Assembly (NCBI RefSeq): GCF_039541115.1
Contig: NZ_BAABFP010000005.1
Coordinates: 310,001-374,000 of the forward strand
DNA length: 64,000 bases
Direction: 5' to 3'
Origin: Angustibacter luteus
Lineage (GTDB): Bacteria > Actinomycetota > Actinomycetes > Actinomycetales > Angustibacteraceae
This document shows, piece by piece, positions 1 to 10,308 of this stretch. The notes under the pieces were generated by a model that worked only from the letters and a program-made list of their open reading frames with translations, was not told the origin of the DNA and ran no database searches. Within the stretch, counting starts at the first letter, position 1. Each line of letters starts with the position of its first letter. Position numbers and translations under genes: made by a program.

Positions 1-534
1 CGCCGAGTTCACCCACTCGGGGCCGCCGAACCGCAGCTTGGCCACACCGGACAGGACGTACGTCGCGATGGCCCCGAGCTGGACGGCCCGGATCGCGAAG
101 CCGGCCGCCTCGCTGAGCCGCTTGTCGTGCAGGTGCGCCGTGCCCACGGTCGGCAGCAGCAGCAGGGCGAGGATGAAGTCGCCGCGGTCGTGGTCGACCT
201 TGCCGTAGGCGAACGCGACGTACTGGTACCAGGCCCAGGTCAGGGCCACGAACCACCCGGCCGCCCGCGGGTAGCGCCCGGTCATGGCGACGAGTGCGCC
301 GACGACCGAACCCCACTTGAGCAGCTCGACGAGTAGCACCGTCGCGGCCGGCAGGTGGAAGATCGTCCCGATGTGCAGCGGCTCGTACCAGACCGGGTCG
401 GCGTAGCCGTGGTACCAGCCGGACGTGTGCAGGAACACGACGTCGACGATCACGAACGCGTAGACCGCGAGCCGCAGCAGGGCCACCCGCTCCAGCGGCA
501 TGGGGGCGAACAGCCACCCGCGCAGCCGGTTCAC
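1..534 (-). CDS. Polytopic membrane protein, HTTM-like (runs off window edge)
   Basis: Not in ORF track. Read manually from a GTG overlapping the TGA of the 531..1007 ORF: MNRLRGWLFAPMPLERVALLRLAVYAFVIVDVVFLH...YGKVDHD...YVLSGVAKLRFGGPEWVNS. Several hydrophobic helices; YxxSGxxKL..G..W resembles HTTM domains. Confidence 0.6.
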   Translation of the reverse strand, partial: MNRLRGWLFAPMPLERVALLRLAVYAFVIVDVVFLHTSGWYHGYADPVWYEPLHIGTIFHLPAATVLLVELLKWGSVVGALVAMTGRYPRAAGWFVALTWAWYQYVAFAYGKVDHDRGDFILALLLLPTVGTAHLHDKRLSEAAGFAIRAVQLGAIATYVLSGVAKLRFGGPEWVNSA

Positions 535-1007
535 GAGCCGGCCTGCCAGACGGCGATCTCGGTCTCGCGGACCTCACCGGTGGGGACGCGGTCCGCCAGC
601 ACGGTCTCGCGGCGCAGCAGCCGGACGGCGGACCACGGCTCGTCGTGCGGGCGCAGCCGGGCGTGGCTCGCGGCGAGGGTGCCGAGCATCGCGGGGTGGG
701 CCTCGATCTGCCCGCTGCGACCCTCGACCTCGGCCCGGTTCAGCCCGATGGACGACGGGCTCAGGCCGACGTCGTGCCAGGCCGGGTCGGACTCGGTGCG
801 GACCTGCACGGCGAACGCGATCACGGAGCCGGACGGCGCCGACGACGTCGCGAACATCCGCCAGGGCCCGAACGGCCACCAGTCGTCCTGACCGACCACG
901 GAGCCGGCGAGGAACAGCAGGGAGAGGCCGCCGAGCACGCCGACCCGCCACGCACGACGACCAGGGCTCAGCCGAAGCGTCTCGTCGGCAGCCAGGCGGG
1001 TTCGCAC
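531..1007 (-). CDS. Hypothetical membrane-anchored protein (partner of HTTM-like gene)
   Basis: One N-terminal TM helix followed by DDWWPFGPWRMF; GTGA coupling to the downstream gene. Confidence 0.65.
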   Translation of the reverse strand: MRTRLAADETLRLSPGRRAWRVGVLGGLSLLFLAGSVVGQDDWWPFGPWRMFATSSAPSGSVIAFAVQVRTESDPAWHDVGLSPSSIGLNRAEVEGRSGQIEAHPAMLGTLAASHARLRPHDEPWSAVRLLRRETVLADRVPTGEVRETEIAVWQAGS

Positions 1008-1016
1008 CCGCCGATG

Positions 1017-3188
1017 CTAACCGTGCGCCGGGGTGTGGACCGGCGCATCCGCGCTGTCGGCGAGTATCCGTTCGGCCACGTTCGCGGGCACCGGATCGTG
1101 GCGCACGTAACCCCGAGTAAACACGCCGGTACCGTGCGCGACCGACCGCAGCTCGATGGCGTACCGGGCCAGCGACGTCGCCGGGACGTCGGCGCGCACG
1201 GTGCTGCGCCCGTTCCCCAGCGGCTCGGTGCCGGTCACCCGCCCCCGCCGCGACGACAGGTCCGTCATCACGGCGCCCACGTACTCGTCGTCCACCGTGA
1301 TCTCCACCTCGTCCACCGGCTCGAGCAGCCGCAGCCCCGAGGCTGCGGCGTCCTCCAGCGCCAACCCGCCGGCCTGCGCGAACGCCGCGTCGCTGGAGTC
1401 GACCGAGTGCGACTTCCCGCCGGTCAGGGTGACGCGGACGTCCGTCAGCGGGTAGCCGGCCATCAGGCCGCGCTCGGCCCGGGCCCGCACACCCTTCTCC
1501 ACGCTCGAGATGTACTGCCGCGGCACGGATCCGCCGACGACCTTGTCGACGAACTCCAGCCCGCTGCCCGGGGGCAGCGGCTCGACGTCGATCTCGCACA
1601 CCGCGAACTGCCCGTGCCCGCCGCTCTGCTTGACCAGCCGGCCCCGCCCGGTGCCGGCCGACTGGAACGTCTCGCGCAGCGATACCCGGTGCGCGATGGC
1701 CTCGACCTGGACGCCGTAGCGGTCCTTGAGCCGGTCCAGCACGAGCGCGACGTGCGCCTCACCCATCGCCCACAGCACCAGCTGCTGGGTCTTGGGGTCG
1801 TGCTCGATCCGGACGGTCGCGTCCTCCACGGTGAGCCGGCCGAGAGACTCCGCCATCTTCTCCTCGTCCGACGGCGAGGCGGCCCGGATCGCCACGGGCA
1901 GCAAGGGTTCGGGCAGTACCCACGGCTCGATCAGCAACGGGTTGTCGATGTCGGACAACGTGTCGCTGGTCTCCGCCCGGGTCAGCCGAGCCACCGTGCA
2001 GATGTCGCCGGCGATGCAGCGGCCGGTCGGGCGCAGCGTCGCGCCGAGCGGGCTGGTGAGCACGCCCACCTTCTCGTCGACGTCGTGGTCCTCGTGGTTC
2101 TCCAGCGTCGCTCCCGCGAACCGTGCGCTGTGACCGGAGACGTGCACCGCGGTGTCCGGGTGCAGGGTGCCGGAGAAGACCCGCACCAGGCTGACCCGCC
2201 CGACGTACGCGTCGGTCGTGGTCTTGATGACCTCGGCGACCAGCGGCCCGCCCGGGTCGCAGCTGATCGGGCTACGCGGGTCGCCGTCCGGGCTGGTGAC
2301 GGCGGGCAGCGGATGCGCCAGCGGTGACGGGAAGCCCTGGGCGAGGATCTCCAGCAGCTCGTGCACGCCCACGCCGTTCAGGCCGACCACCGGCAGCACC
2401 GGGAAGAAGGACCCCCGCGACACCGCCCGCTCCAGGTCGGGGACCAGGATCTCCAGCCCCACCTCCTCGCCGCCCAGGTAGCGGTCCATCAGGGCGTCGT
2501 CCTCGGACTCCTGGATGATCGCCTCGATGAGGTCCGAGCGCTTGCCCTCGACGAGCTCGCGGTGCTGCGGGTCGGCGTCGCGCACCTCGGGCGCCATCCG
2601 GCCGCTGTAGTCGTACAGCTGCAACGAGAGCAGGCCGATCAGCCCGGCCACGGGGTCGCTGTCCGACCCGGCCGCCCCCTCGTCGTGCAACGGCAGGTAC
2701 AACGGCACCACGCCCTCGCCGAACACCCGCTGACACACCGCGACGGACTCGTCGAAGTCGGCTCGCGGCTGGTCGAGCTTGGTCACCACGACGGCCCGCG
2801 GCATGCCGACCGAGGCGCACTCGTCCCACAGCAGGGCGGTGGCGCCGTCCAGGCCGTCCACCGCCGAGATCACGAACAGGGCGGCGTCCGCACCGCGCAG
2901 CCCTGCGCGCAGCTCACCGACGTAGTCCGGGTGGCCGGGGGTGTCGATCAGGTTCAGCTTGATGCCGGCGTGCTCGGTGCTGGCGACCGCGACCGACACG
3001 GAACGGCGCTGCTTGCGGGCCTGCTCGTCGAAGTCCGTGACCGTCGTGCCGTCCTGCACCGTCCCCGGCCGGGAGACGGCACCGGTCGCGGCGAGCAACG
3101 CCTCGACCAGTGTCGTCTTGCCGCTGCCGGCATGACCGACGAGGACGACGTTGCGCACCCGCTCCGGTGCGGTGGCCTCGTGCGCCAT
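1017..3188 (-). CDS. Elongation factor G-like protein (EF-G2)
   Basis: RNVVLVGHAGSGKTT, DTPGH, TKLD, KQSGGHGQF, HSVDSSD, LLEP motifs; ATG at 3188 preceded by GGAGG. Confidence 0.92.
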   Translation of the reverse strand: MAHEATAPERVRNVVLVGHAGSGKTTLVEALLAATGAVSRPGTVQDGTTVTDFDEQARKQRRSVSVAVASTEHAGIKLNLIDTPGHPDYVGELRAGLRGADAALFVISAVDGLDGATALLWDECASVGMPRAVVVTKLDQPRADFDESVAVCQRVFGEGVVPLYLPLHDEGAAGSDSDPVAGLIGLLSLQLYDYSGRMAPEVRDADPQHRELVEGKRSDLIEAIIQESEDDALMDRYLGGEEVGLEILVPDLERAVSRGSFFPVLPVVGLNGVGVHELLEILAQGFPSPLAHPLPAVTSPDGDPRSPISCDPGGPLVAEVIKTTTDAYVGRVSLVRVFSGTLHPDTAVHVSGHSARFAGATLENHEDHDVDEKVGVLTSPLGATLRPTGRCIAGDICTVARLTRAETSDTLSDIDNPLLIEPWVLPEPLLPVAIRAASPSDEEKMAESLGRLTVEDATVRIEHDPKTQQLVLWAMGEAHVALVLDRLKDRYGVQVEAIAHRVSLRETFQSAGTGRGRLVKQSGGHGQFAVCEIDVEPLPPGSGLEFVDKVVGGSVPRQYISSVEKGVRARAERGLMAGYPLTDVRVTLTGGKSHSVDSSDAAFAQAGGLALEDAAASGLRLLEPVDEVEITVDDEYVGAVMTDLSSRRGRVTGTEPLGNGRSTVRADVPATSLARYAIELRSVAHGTGVFTRGYVRHDPVPANVAERILADSADAPVHTPAHG

Positions 3189-3312
3189 GCATCCTCCCAA
3201 GCCTGGTCCGGCCGCCGAATGGTCCCGATCACGGCTCGTCCCACCCTGGCCCGAGCGACCCGCGGACACAAGCGCTCGACGCCGGTCGCTCAGGCCTGGA
3301 TACGATCGGCCG

Positions 3313-3939
3313 GTGCTGAACCGCTTCGCGCGAGCCCTGTTCACCCGGCTGCTGACCCCCGTGGCCGGGTTCCTGCTGCGCCTGGGCATCAGTCCGGACG
3401 TCGTCACGCTGGTCGGCACCCTCGGCGTCAGCGCCGGGGCGCTGGCCCTGTACCCGACCGGTCACCTGCTCGCCGGGACGCTGGTGATCACCGCGTTCGT
3501 CTTCAGCGACACCGTGGACGGGATCATGGCGCGCGCCTCGGGACGGTCCAGCTCGTGGGGCGCCTACCTGGACTCCACGCTCGACCGGGTCGGGGACGCC
3601 GCCATCTTCGGGGGCCTCGTGCTGTGGTTCACCGGCGACGGCGACGACCGGCTCACCGGGGTGCTCGCGCTGGCCTGCCTGGCCTTGGGCGCGGTCGTGT
3701 CGTACTCCAAGGCGCGGGCCGAGGGGCTCGGGATGACCGCCAACGTCGGCATCGCCGAGCGGGCGGACCGGCTGGTCGCCGTTCTGGTCACCACCGGCCT
3801 CGTCGGCCTCGGCCTGCCCGTCGTGGTGCTGACCGTCGTGCTGGGCGTGCTCGCCCTGGCCAGCCTGATCACGGTGGTGCAGCGCATGCTCGAGGTCCGC
3901 CGGCAGGCGCTGCGGTCCGCTCCGCCGGCCAGCCCGTGA
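3313..3939 (+). CDS. pgsA: Phosphatidylinositol phosphate synthase (CDP-alcohol phosphotransferase)
   Basis: DTVDGIMAR...GAYLDSTLDRVGD signature; first gene of the pgsA-patA-pimA cluster. Confidence 0.92.
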   Translation: MLNRFARALFTRLLTPVAGFLLRLGISPDVVTLVGTLGVSAGALALYPTGHLLAGTLVITAFVFSDTVDGIMARASGRSSSWGAYLDSTLDRVGDAAIFGGLVLWFTGDGDDRLTGVLALACLALGAVVSYSKARAEGLGMTANVGIAERADRLVAVLVTTGLVGLGLPVVVLTVVLGVLALASLITVVQRMLEVRRQALRSAPPASP

Positions 3940-4907
3940 CCCCTGCGCCCGGCCCCGTCGGCCCCAGCCGCCTCGAGCGCGCGCGGGAGCGGCTCGGCTA
4001 CCTGGCGTACTCCGCCGGGTGGCGCATCGTGCGGCTGCTGCCCGAGGCCGTGGCGTACCGGACCTTCGACGGCATCGCCGACCTCGCCTGGCGGCGGCGG
4101 GGCAGCGGCGTCCAGCGCCTCGAGGCGAACCTGGCCCGGGCCCGGCCCGACCTGGATGCCGACGACCTGCACGAGCTCGCCCGCAGTGGCCTGCGCTCGT
4201 ACCTGCGCTACTGGTGCGACAGCTTCCGGCTGCCGGACTGGGACGAGCAGCGCATCGTCTCCACCGTCCGCACCGAGGGCGACGAGCCCGTCCGGGCGGC
4301 GCTCGCGTCCGGGCAGGGCGTCGTCATGTTCCTGGGGCACCTGGGCAACTGGGACCACGCCGGCGCCTGGGCGACCCTGCAGCTGCAGCCCGTCACCACG
4401 GTTGCCGAGCGGCTCAAGCCCGAGCAGCTGTTCGACCGGTTCGTGACCTTCCGCGAGCGGCTCGGCATGACGATCATCCCGCTGACCGGCGGCTCGGACG
4501 TCTTCCGCTCCCTGCTCCGGGTGCTGCGGGGCGGCGGTTTCGTGCCGCTGCTCGCCGACCGCGACCTGACCGACGGCGGGGTCGAGGTGGACTTCCTCGG
4601 TGAGCCCGCACGGATGGCGGTCGGGCCAGCCGCACTGGCCCTGGCGACCGGCGCCGCGTTGTTCGCCGTGACGATCCGGTACGAGCCCACGTCCCGGGGC
4701 CGGCACGGGATCGTCATCACGTGGCACCCGCAGATCGCCACGGACGACGTCGGTACGGGGCGCGCGGCGGTCACCGCCCTGACCCAGCGCTGCGCGGACC
4801 ACCTCGCCGCCGCGATCCGGTCCCACCCGCAGGACTGGCACATGCTGCAGCGGGTGTTCACCGCCGACCTCGACCCGGCCCGCGTCACCAGCACGAGGCC
4901 GGCATGA
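3936..4907 (+). CDS. patA: Phosphatidylinositol mannoside acyltransferase
   Basis: SYLRYWCDSFRLP, HLGNWD, LLADRDL, HPQDWHMLQ motifs; GTGA overlap with pgsA. Confidence 0.88.
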   Translation: MTPAPGPVGPSRLERARERLGYLAYSAGWRIVRLLPEAVAYRTFDGIADLAWRRRGSGVQRLEANLARARPDLDADDLHELARSGLRSYLRYWCDSFRLPDWDEQRIVSTVRTEGDEPVRAALASGQGVVMFLGHLGNWDHAGAWATLQLQPVTTVAERLKPEQLFDRFVTFRERLGMTIIPLTGGSDVFRSLLRVLRGGGFVPLLADRDLTDGGVEVDFLGEPARMAVGPAALALATGAALFAVTIRYEPTSRGRHGIVITWHPQIATDDVGTGRAAVTALTQRCADHLAAAIRSHPQDWHMLQRVFTADLDPARVTSTRPA

Positions 4908-6049
4908 GGATCGGCATCGTCTGCCCCTACTCGTTCGACGTCCCCGGCGGGGTGCAGTTCCACGTCCGGGACCTGGCGGAGCACCTGATCGGGCAGGGGC
5001 ACGTGGTCAGCGTGCTCGCCCCGGCGGACGACGATACCCCGGTCCCGTCGTACGTGAGCCCGTCGGGCCGTGCGGTTCCGGTGCCCTACAACGGATCCGT
5101 GGCAAGGGTGAACTTCGGCCCGGTGAGCGCCCGCCGGGTGCGCCGGTGGCTGGAGGCCGGGCAGTTCGACGTCCTGCACATCCACGAGCCGGTGACGCCG
5201 AGCCTGTCGCTGCTCGCGCTGTGGGCGTACGACGGCCCGATCGTGGCGACCTTCCACACCTCGAACCTGCGCTCGCGCGCCATGCAGGCGGCCTACCCGC
5301 TGATGCGGCCCAGCCTGGAGAAGATCAGCGCCCGCATCGCGGTCAGCGAGGACGCCCGGCACACCGTCACCACCCACATCGGGGGCGACGCGGTGGTCAT
5401 CCCGAACGGCGTGTTCGTCGACCGGTTCGCGGATGCCCCGGTGCGGCCGGAGTGGCAGGGCACGGCGGACGCCCCGACCGTCGCCTTCGTCGGCCGGCTC
5501 GACGAACCGCGCAAGGGACTGCCGGTGCTGTTCGAGGCTATGCCGAGCGTGCTCGCCGACCGGCCCGGCCTGCGCCTGCTGGTCGCCGGCCGCGGCGACG
5601 CCGAGGAGGCCGCGGAGCTGCTCGCGCCGAACCTGCGCCCCGCGGTCGAGTTCCTGGGCATGGTCGACGACCAGGCCAAGGCGTCCCTGCTGCGCTCGGT
5701 CGACCTCTACGTCGCGCCGCACACCGGCGGTGAGAGCTTCGGCATCGTGCTGGTCGAGGCGATGAGCGCCGGAGCGCCGGTGCTGGCCAGCGAGCTGGAC
5801 GCCTTCCGTCGGGTGCTGGACGACGGCGCCCTCGGCGCGCTCTTCGGCACCGGTGACCCGGTCGACCTCGCCTCGTCCCTGAGTGCCCTGCTGGCCGACG
5901 AGCCGCGGCGTGCCCAGCTGAGCGCGGCAGCGTCCGTCGCCGTCCGGCGCTACGACTGGTCCGTCGTCGCGCGCGACGTCCTGGCCGTGTACGAGACGGT
6001 CCTCGGCGGCGGCCACGTCGAGGCCGACCTGCTCGGAGGGACCCCATGA
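4904..6049 (+). CDS. pimA: GDP-mannose-dependent phosphatidylinositol mannosyltransferase (GT4)
   Basis: MRIGIVCPYSFDVPGGVQ, GRLDEPRKG, GGESFGIVLVEAM. Confidence 0.92.
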   Translation: MRIGIVCPYSFDVPGGVQFHVRDLAEHLIGQGHVVSVLAPADDDTPVPSYVSPSGRAVPVPYNGSVARVNFGPVSARRVRRWLEAGQFDVLHIHEPVTPSLSLLALWAYDGPIVATFHTSNLRSRAMQAAYPLMRPSLEKISARIAVSEDARHTVTTHIGGDAVVIPNGVFVDRFADAPVRPEWQGTADAPTVAFVGRLDEPRKGLPVLFEAMPSVLADRPGLRLLVAGRGDAEEAAELLAPNLRPAVEFLGMVDDQAKASLLRSVDLYVAPHTGGESFGIVLVEAMSAGAPVLASELDAFRRVLDDGALGALFGTGDPVDLASSLSALLADEPRRAQLSAAASVAVRRYDWSVVARDVLAVYETVLGGGHVEADLLGGTP

Positions 6050-6633
6050 ACCTGCCCACGGTGCTCGCCATCCTGCTGGTGCTGGCGCTGCTGGCCTGGT
6101 ACCTGTCCTTCCAGGCCAGCCGGCTCGACCGCCTGCACCACCGGGTCGAGGGGGCGAAGAACGCCCTGGACGCGCAGCTGGTCCGGCGGGCCGAGGCCGC
6201 GATCGAGCTGGCCACCTCGGGCGCGCTGGACCCGGCGTCCGGGCTGCTGGTCACCGATGCGGCGTCCCGGGCGCTCGAGGCCGGTGAGCTGGACGCCCTC
6301 GTGCACCACGACAAGGACGCCGGACCGGTCCTGCTCGTGCTCGGTGAGCGGGAGTCGGCGGAGTCCGACCTGTCCCGGGCGCTGCGCGCCACCCTGCCGG
6401 GCACGCTGCCGGCCACGCTCAGCGCCGACCCGAGGGTGGGGCCGCTGGTCGACCGGCTCGGCGCCGCGTGCCACCGGGTCCGGCTCGCCCGCCGGTTCCT
6501 GAACGGCGCCGTCACCGACGCCACCCGGGTGCGCGGCAAGTGGGTCGTGCGCTGGGCCCGGCTCGCCGGACGGGCCGACCTGCCCGGAACCTTCGAGATG
6601 GACGACGACCCGCCCGAGGCGCTCGCCCACTGA
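6046..6633 (+). CDS. Conserved membrane protein downstream of pimA (LemA-like fold)
   Basis: N-terminal TM helix, RLDRLH..LDAQL.RR and RVRLARRFLN motifs typical of the gene following pimA. Confidence 0.75.
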   Translation: MNLPTVLAILLVLALLAWYLSFQASRLDRLHHRVEGAKNALDAQLVRRAEAAIELATSGALDPASGLLVTDAASRALEAGELDALVHHDKDAGPVLLVLGERESAESDLSRALRATLPGTLPATLSADPRVGPLVDRLGAACHRVRLARRFLNGAVTDATRVRGKWVVRWARLAGRADLPGTFEMDDDPPEALAH

Positions 6634-6675
6634 ACGTCGCCCACTGAGCGTCGCCCACTGAGCGTCGTCCACTGA
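6620..6675 (+). repeat. 14-bp tandem repeat x4 ([A/G]CGTCG[C/T]CCACTGA)
   Basis: cgctcgcccactga acgtcgcccactga gcgtcgcccactga gcgtcgtccactga; the first copy contains the stop codon of the upstream gene. Confidence 0.9.
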
Positions 6676-6793
6676 GCTGCTGACGAGGTGGCAGGGCCCG
6701 CGCGTCTCGGGCTACAGGATGGGTACGGACGGCGGCGCGCTGGCCCGTACGATGGGGGGACCTGAGTCCTTTCGAGCTTGTGAGGTCAACACC

Positions 6794-7696
6794 GTGTCCA
6801 GCGAGACCACTGCGCCCGTCACCGGCACCGCCCGCGTCAAGCGCGGCATGGCCGAGATGCTCAAGGGCGGCGTCATCATGGACGTCGTCAACGCCGAGCA
6901 GGCGAAGATCGCCGAGGACGCCGGCGCGGTCGCCGTCATGGCGCTCGAGCGCGTCCCGGCCGACATCCGCGCCCAGGGCGGCGTGTCCCGGATGAGCGAC
7001 CCGGACATGATCGACGGCATCATCGAGGCCGTCTCGATCCCGGTCATGGCCAAGGCCCGGATCGGCCACTTCGTCGAGGCCCAGGTGCTGCAGTCGCTGG
7101 GCGTCGACTACGTGGACGAGTCCGAGGTGCTCACCCCCGCCGACTACGCCAACCACATCGACAAGTGGCAGTTCACCGTGCCGTTCGTGTGCGGTGCCAC
7201 CAACCTGGGCGAGGCGCTGCGCCGGATCACCGAGGGCGCGGCGATGATCCGGTCCAAGGGCGAGGCCGGCACGGGTGACGTGTCCAACGCGACCACGCAC
7301 ATGCGCAAGATCGGCGGCGAGATCCGTCGGCTGAGCACGCTGGCCGAGGACGAGCTGTACGTCGCCGCCAAGGAGCTCCAGGCGCCGCTCGAGCTGGTCC
7401 GCGAGGTCGCCGAGAAGGGCAAGCTGCCCGTCGTGCTGTTCACCGCCGGCGGCATCGCCACCCCGGCCGACGCGGCCATGATGATGCAGCTCGGCGCCGA
7501 GGGCGTGTTCGTCGGCTCCGGCATCTTCAAGTCCGGCAACCCCGCCCAGCGCGCCGAGGCGATCGTGAAGGCCACCACCTTCTTCGACGACCCCGACGTG
7601 CTCGCGAAGGTCTCCCGCGGCCTCGGCGAGGCGATGGTGGGTATCAACGTCGACGAGATCCCCGAGCCGCACCGGCTCGCCGAGCGCGGCTGGTAG
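6794..7696 (+). CDS. pdxS: Pyridoxal 5'-phosphate synthase lyase subunit
   Basis: [36 protein letters not shown]. Confidence 0.97.
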   Translation: MSSETTAPVTGTARVKRGMAEMLKGGVIMDVVNAEQAKIAEDAGAVAVMALERVPADIRAQGGVSRMSDPDMIDGIIEAVSIPVMAKARIGHFVEAQVLQSLGVDYVDESEVLTPADYANHIDKWQFTVPFVCGATNLGEALRRITEGAAMIRSKGEAGTGDVSNATTHMRKIGGEIRRLSTLAEDELYVAAKELQAPLELVREVAEKGKLPVVLFTAGGIATPADAAMMMQLGAEGVFVGSGIFKSGNPAQRAEAIVKATTFFDDPDVLAKVSRGLGEAMVGINVDEIPEPHRLAERGW

Positions 7697-7712
7697 TAGG
7701 GGTCCGCGCACC

Positions 7713-7775
7713 CGACGAAGCCCCGGCCGCCGACTCTCGCAAGCTCGTTTGACGTCGGCGGCCGGGGCTTCGTCG
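7713..7775. terminator. 22-bp perfect inverted repeat between convergent pdxS and kynU
   Basis: CGACGAAGCCCCGGCCGCCGAC / GTCGGCGGCCGGGGCTTCGTCG with a 19-nt loop. Confidence 0.8.
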
Positions 7776-7815
7776 TGTGCGCTCGGTTCTCAGGCGGGCC
7801 GGGTGGGGCGGGTGG

Positions 7816-9075
7816 TCAGGTGACCGTGGAGCGGGTGGTGAAGCGCGCCTCGAGGTGCTCGTCGTTGGCCAGGACCTCGGCGAGGTGCTGCGCCGCCGCC
7901 AGCGCGTCCGCGTGCGAGAGGTACAGCGGCGCGAAGCCGAGCCGGATGATGTCGGGCTCGCGGAAGTCGCCGATCACTCCGCGGGCGATCAGGGCCTGCA
8001 CCACGGCGTACGCCTGGGGGTGCCGCAGCGCGACCTGCGAGCCGCGTCGGACGTCGTCCAGCGGGGTCGCGAGCACCGCGTCCGGCACGAGGTCGCGCAG
8101 GCACTCGACGAAGAACCCGGTGAGCGACAACGACTTCGCGCGCACCTGGGTCATGTCCAGCCCGTCGTAGGCGCGCAGCGCCTCCTCCAGCGCCAGCATC
8201 GACAGCAGCGGGGGAGTGCCGACCCGCGCGCGGGCGATCCCCTCCGCCGGCGCGAAGCTCCCTTCCATCGCGAACGGCCGCGCGTGCCCGTGCCACCCCG
8301 TCAGCGGCTGGTCGAAGTCGCCCTGGTGCCGGGTGGCGACGTACACGAAGGCGGGTGCACCCGGTCCACCGTTGAGGTACTTGTAGCCGCAGCCGACGGC
8401 GAGGTCGACGCTGTGCTCGTCCAGGCCCACCGGCACGACACCGGCCGAGTGGCACAGGTCCCACAGGGAGAGCGCTCCGGCGGCCTGGGTGGCGGCGGTG
8501 ATGCCCGGCAGGTCCCACAGCTCGCCGGTGCGGTAGTCGACGTGCGACAGCGAGACCAGCGCGACCTCGTCGCCGCGCTCGCGCAGGACGTCGGGCACGC
8601 CGTCCGGGCGCGAGTGCACGATCTCCAGCCCGGCCAGCGCCGCCGCTCCCTCCAGCACGTACTGGTCGGTGGGGAACACGCCCGGGTCGCTCACCACCAC
8701 GCGCCGACCCGGGCGCATCCGGGACGCCGCCACGTAGCACTTGAAGAGGTTCACCGACGTCGTGTCGCCCACGCTGATCTGGCCGGCGGCGGACCCGACC
8801 AGGGCGCCGACGGCGTCCCCGATGCGAGTGGGGGCGCCCCACCAGTCGTGGGTGTTCCAGGACGCGATCAGGTCGGTGCCCCACTGCTGCCGGACGACGT
8901 CCGCGACCGCGGCCGGGACGCTGGCCGGCAGGGCGCCGAGGGAGTTCCCGTCGAGGTAGATGACGCCCTCGGGCAGCGCGAACCGCTCTCGGGCGTGGGC
9001 GACCGGGTCGGCCGCGTCGAGGGCGGTGGCACGAGCGGTCAGCCCGGCGAGGTCGGCAGCGGCGTCGGTGCTCAT
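7816..9075 (-). CDS. kynU: Kynureninase
   Basis: IYLDGNSLG, WDLCHSAG, GCGYKYLNGGPG, RGSQV, GDFREPD..RLGFAPLY. Confidence 0.95.
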   Translation of the reverse strand: MSTDAAADLAGLTARATALDAADPVAHARERFALPEGVIYLDGNSLGALPASVPAAVADVVRQQWGTDLIASWNTHDWWGAPTRIGDAVGALVGSAAGQISVGDTTSVNLFKCYVAASRMRPGRRVVVSDPGVFPTDQYVLEGAAALAGLEIVHSRPDGVPDVLRERGDEVALVSLSHVDYRTGELWDLPGITAATQAAGALSLWDLCHSAGVVPVGLDEHSVDLAVGCGYKYLNGGPGAPAFVYVATRHQGDFDQPLTGWHGHARPFAMEGSFAPAEGIARARVGTPPLLSMLALEEALRAYDGLDMTQVRAKSLSLTGFFVECLRDLVPDAVLATPLDDVRRGSQVALRHPQAYAVVQALIARGVIGDFREPDIIRLGFAPLYLSHADALAAAQHLAEVLANDEHLEARFTTRSTVT

Positions 9076-9097
9076 GGACGAACGGTAGCGGCCGGGC

Positions 9098-9661
9098 TCA
9101 GCGGGCCTGCCGTCGCCAGGTCCCGGCGTCGATGGCGTAGAGGACGTGCCGCTGGCCCTCCCAGCCCGGCGTCCGCGGGTGGTCGAAGTCGCGCTCCGGG
9201 CGATGCGTGAGGCCGAGCTTGGTCATCACCCGGCGGGAGCTCGCGTTGCGGGTCGTGGTGAACGAGACCACCTCGTCCAGGCCCAGCCCGTCGAACGCGA
9301 CCTCCAGCGCGGCGCGGGCCGCCTCGGGCGCGAAACCCTGACCCCAGTGCGGGTGGGCGAGCCGCCAGCCGACCTCGACGCACGGCGACGGCAGCAGGTC
9401 GGGCGTCGGGTTGAGCCCGGTGAACCCGATGAAGTCGCCGGTGTCCAGCCGCTCCACCGCCCACAGTCCCCAGCCGTGCGCGACCAGCTGCGCCTCGAGC
9501 CGGTCCAGCATGGCGTCGCTCGCCGCCAGGTCCAACGCGTTCGGGAAGTGGCGCATGACCTCGGGGTCGGCGTTGAGCGCGGCGTACGGCTCGCGGTCGG
9601 CGTCCCTCCAGTGCCGCAGGAGCAGCCGGTCCGTGCGGATCTCGTCGAATCGCGGGCCCAT
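9098..9661 (-). CDS. GNAT (RimJ/RimL-type) acetyltransferase
   Basis: [29 protein letters not shown]. Confidence 0.88.
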   Translation of the reverse strand: MGPRFDEIRTDRLLLRHWRDADREPYAALNADPEVMRHFPNALDLAASDAMLDRLEAQLVAHGWGLWAVERLDTGDFIGFTGLNPTPDLLPSPCVEVGWRLAHPHWGQGFAPEAARAALEVAFDGLGLDEVVSFTTTRNASSRRVMTKLGLTHRPERDFDHPRTPGWEGQRHVLYAIDAGTWRRQAR

Positions 9662-9699
9662 GCAGGCACCGTACGGCGGCGCCCCTAGGCTTGACGACC

Positions 9700-10308
9700 G
9701 TGAGCAGCGACCCCGTCATCGGCGTCCTCGCCCTGCAGGGCGACGTGCGCGAGCACCTGTCCGTCCTCGCGGCGACCGGTGCGCTGGCCCGACCGGTACG
9801 CCGGCCCGCCGAGCTGGAGGGCCTGCAGGGCATCGTGCTGCCCGGCGGGGAGTCGACCACCATCGACAAGCTGTCCCGGATCTTCGAGCTGCGCGACCCG
9901 CTGGTGGCAGCCCTGCGGGCCGGGCTGCCGGCCTACGGCTCGTGCGCGGGCATGATCATGCTGGCCGACCGCATCCTGGACGGCCGGTCCGACCAGCAGA
10001 CGTTCGGTGGCCTGGACATCACGGTCCGGCGCAACGCCTTCGGCCGGCAGGTGGCCTCGTTCGAGGAGGACCTGCACCTGGAGGGGGTGCCCGGCGGCCC
10101 GGTCCGTGCCGTGTTCATCCGCGCGCCGTGGGTGGAGGAGGCGGGCGAGTCCGTCGAGGTCATCGGGCGCGTCGAGGACGGTCCGGCCGAAGGTAGGATC
10201 GTCGCCGTCCGCCAGGGCGGGCTGCTGGCGACGTCGTTCCACCCCGAGGTGACGGGCGACGCCCGCGTGCACGAGCTGTTCGTCGAGATGGTGAGGGAGC
10301 GTTCATGA
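9700..10308 (+). CDS. pdxT: PLP synthase glutaminase subunit
   Basis: [32 protein letters not shown]; an alternative TTG start lies at 9691. Confidence 0.96.
   Translation: MSSDPVIGVLALQGDVREHLSVLAATGALARPVRRPAELEGLQGIVLPGGESTTIDKLSRIFELRDPLVAALRAGLPAYGSCAGMIMLADRILDGRSDQQTFGGLDITVRRNAFGRQVASFEEDLHLEGVPGGPVRAVFIRAPWVEEAGESVEVIGRVEDGPAEGRIVAVRQGGLLATSFHPEVTGDARVHELFVEMVRERS

Noticed and set aside
6620..6675. CRISPR array
   Set aside because: The units are 14 bp, head-to-tail with no spacers, and there are no cas genes.
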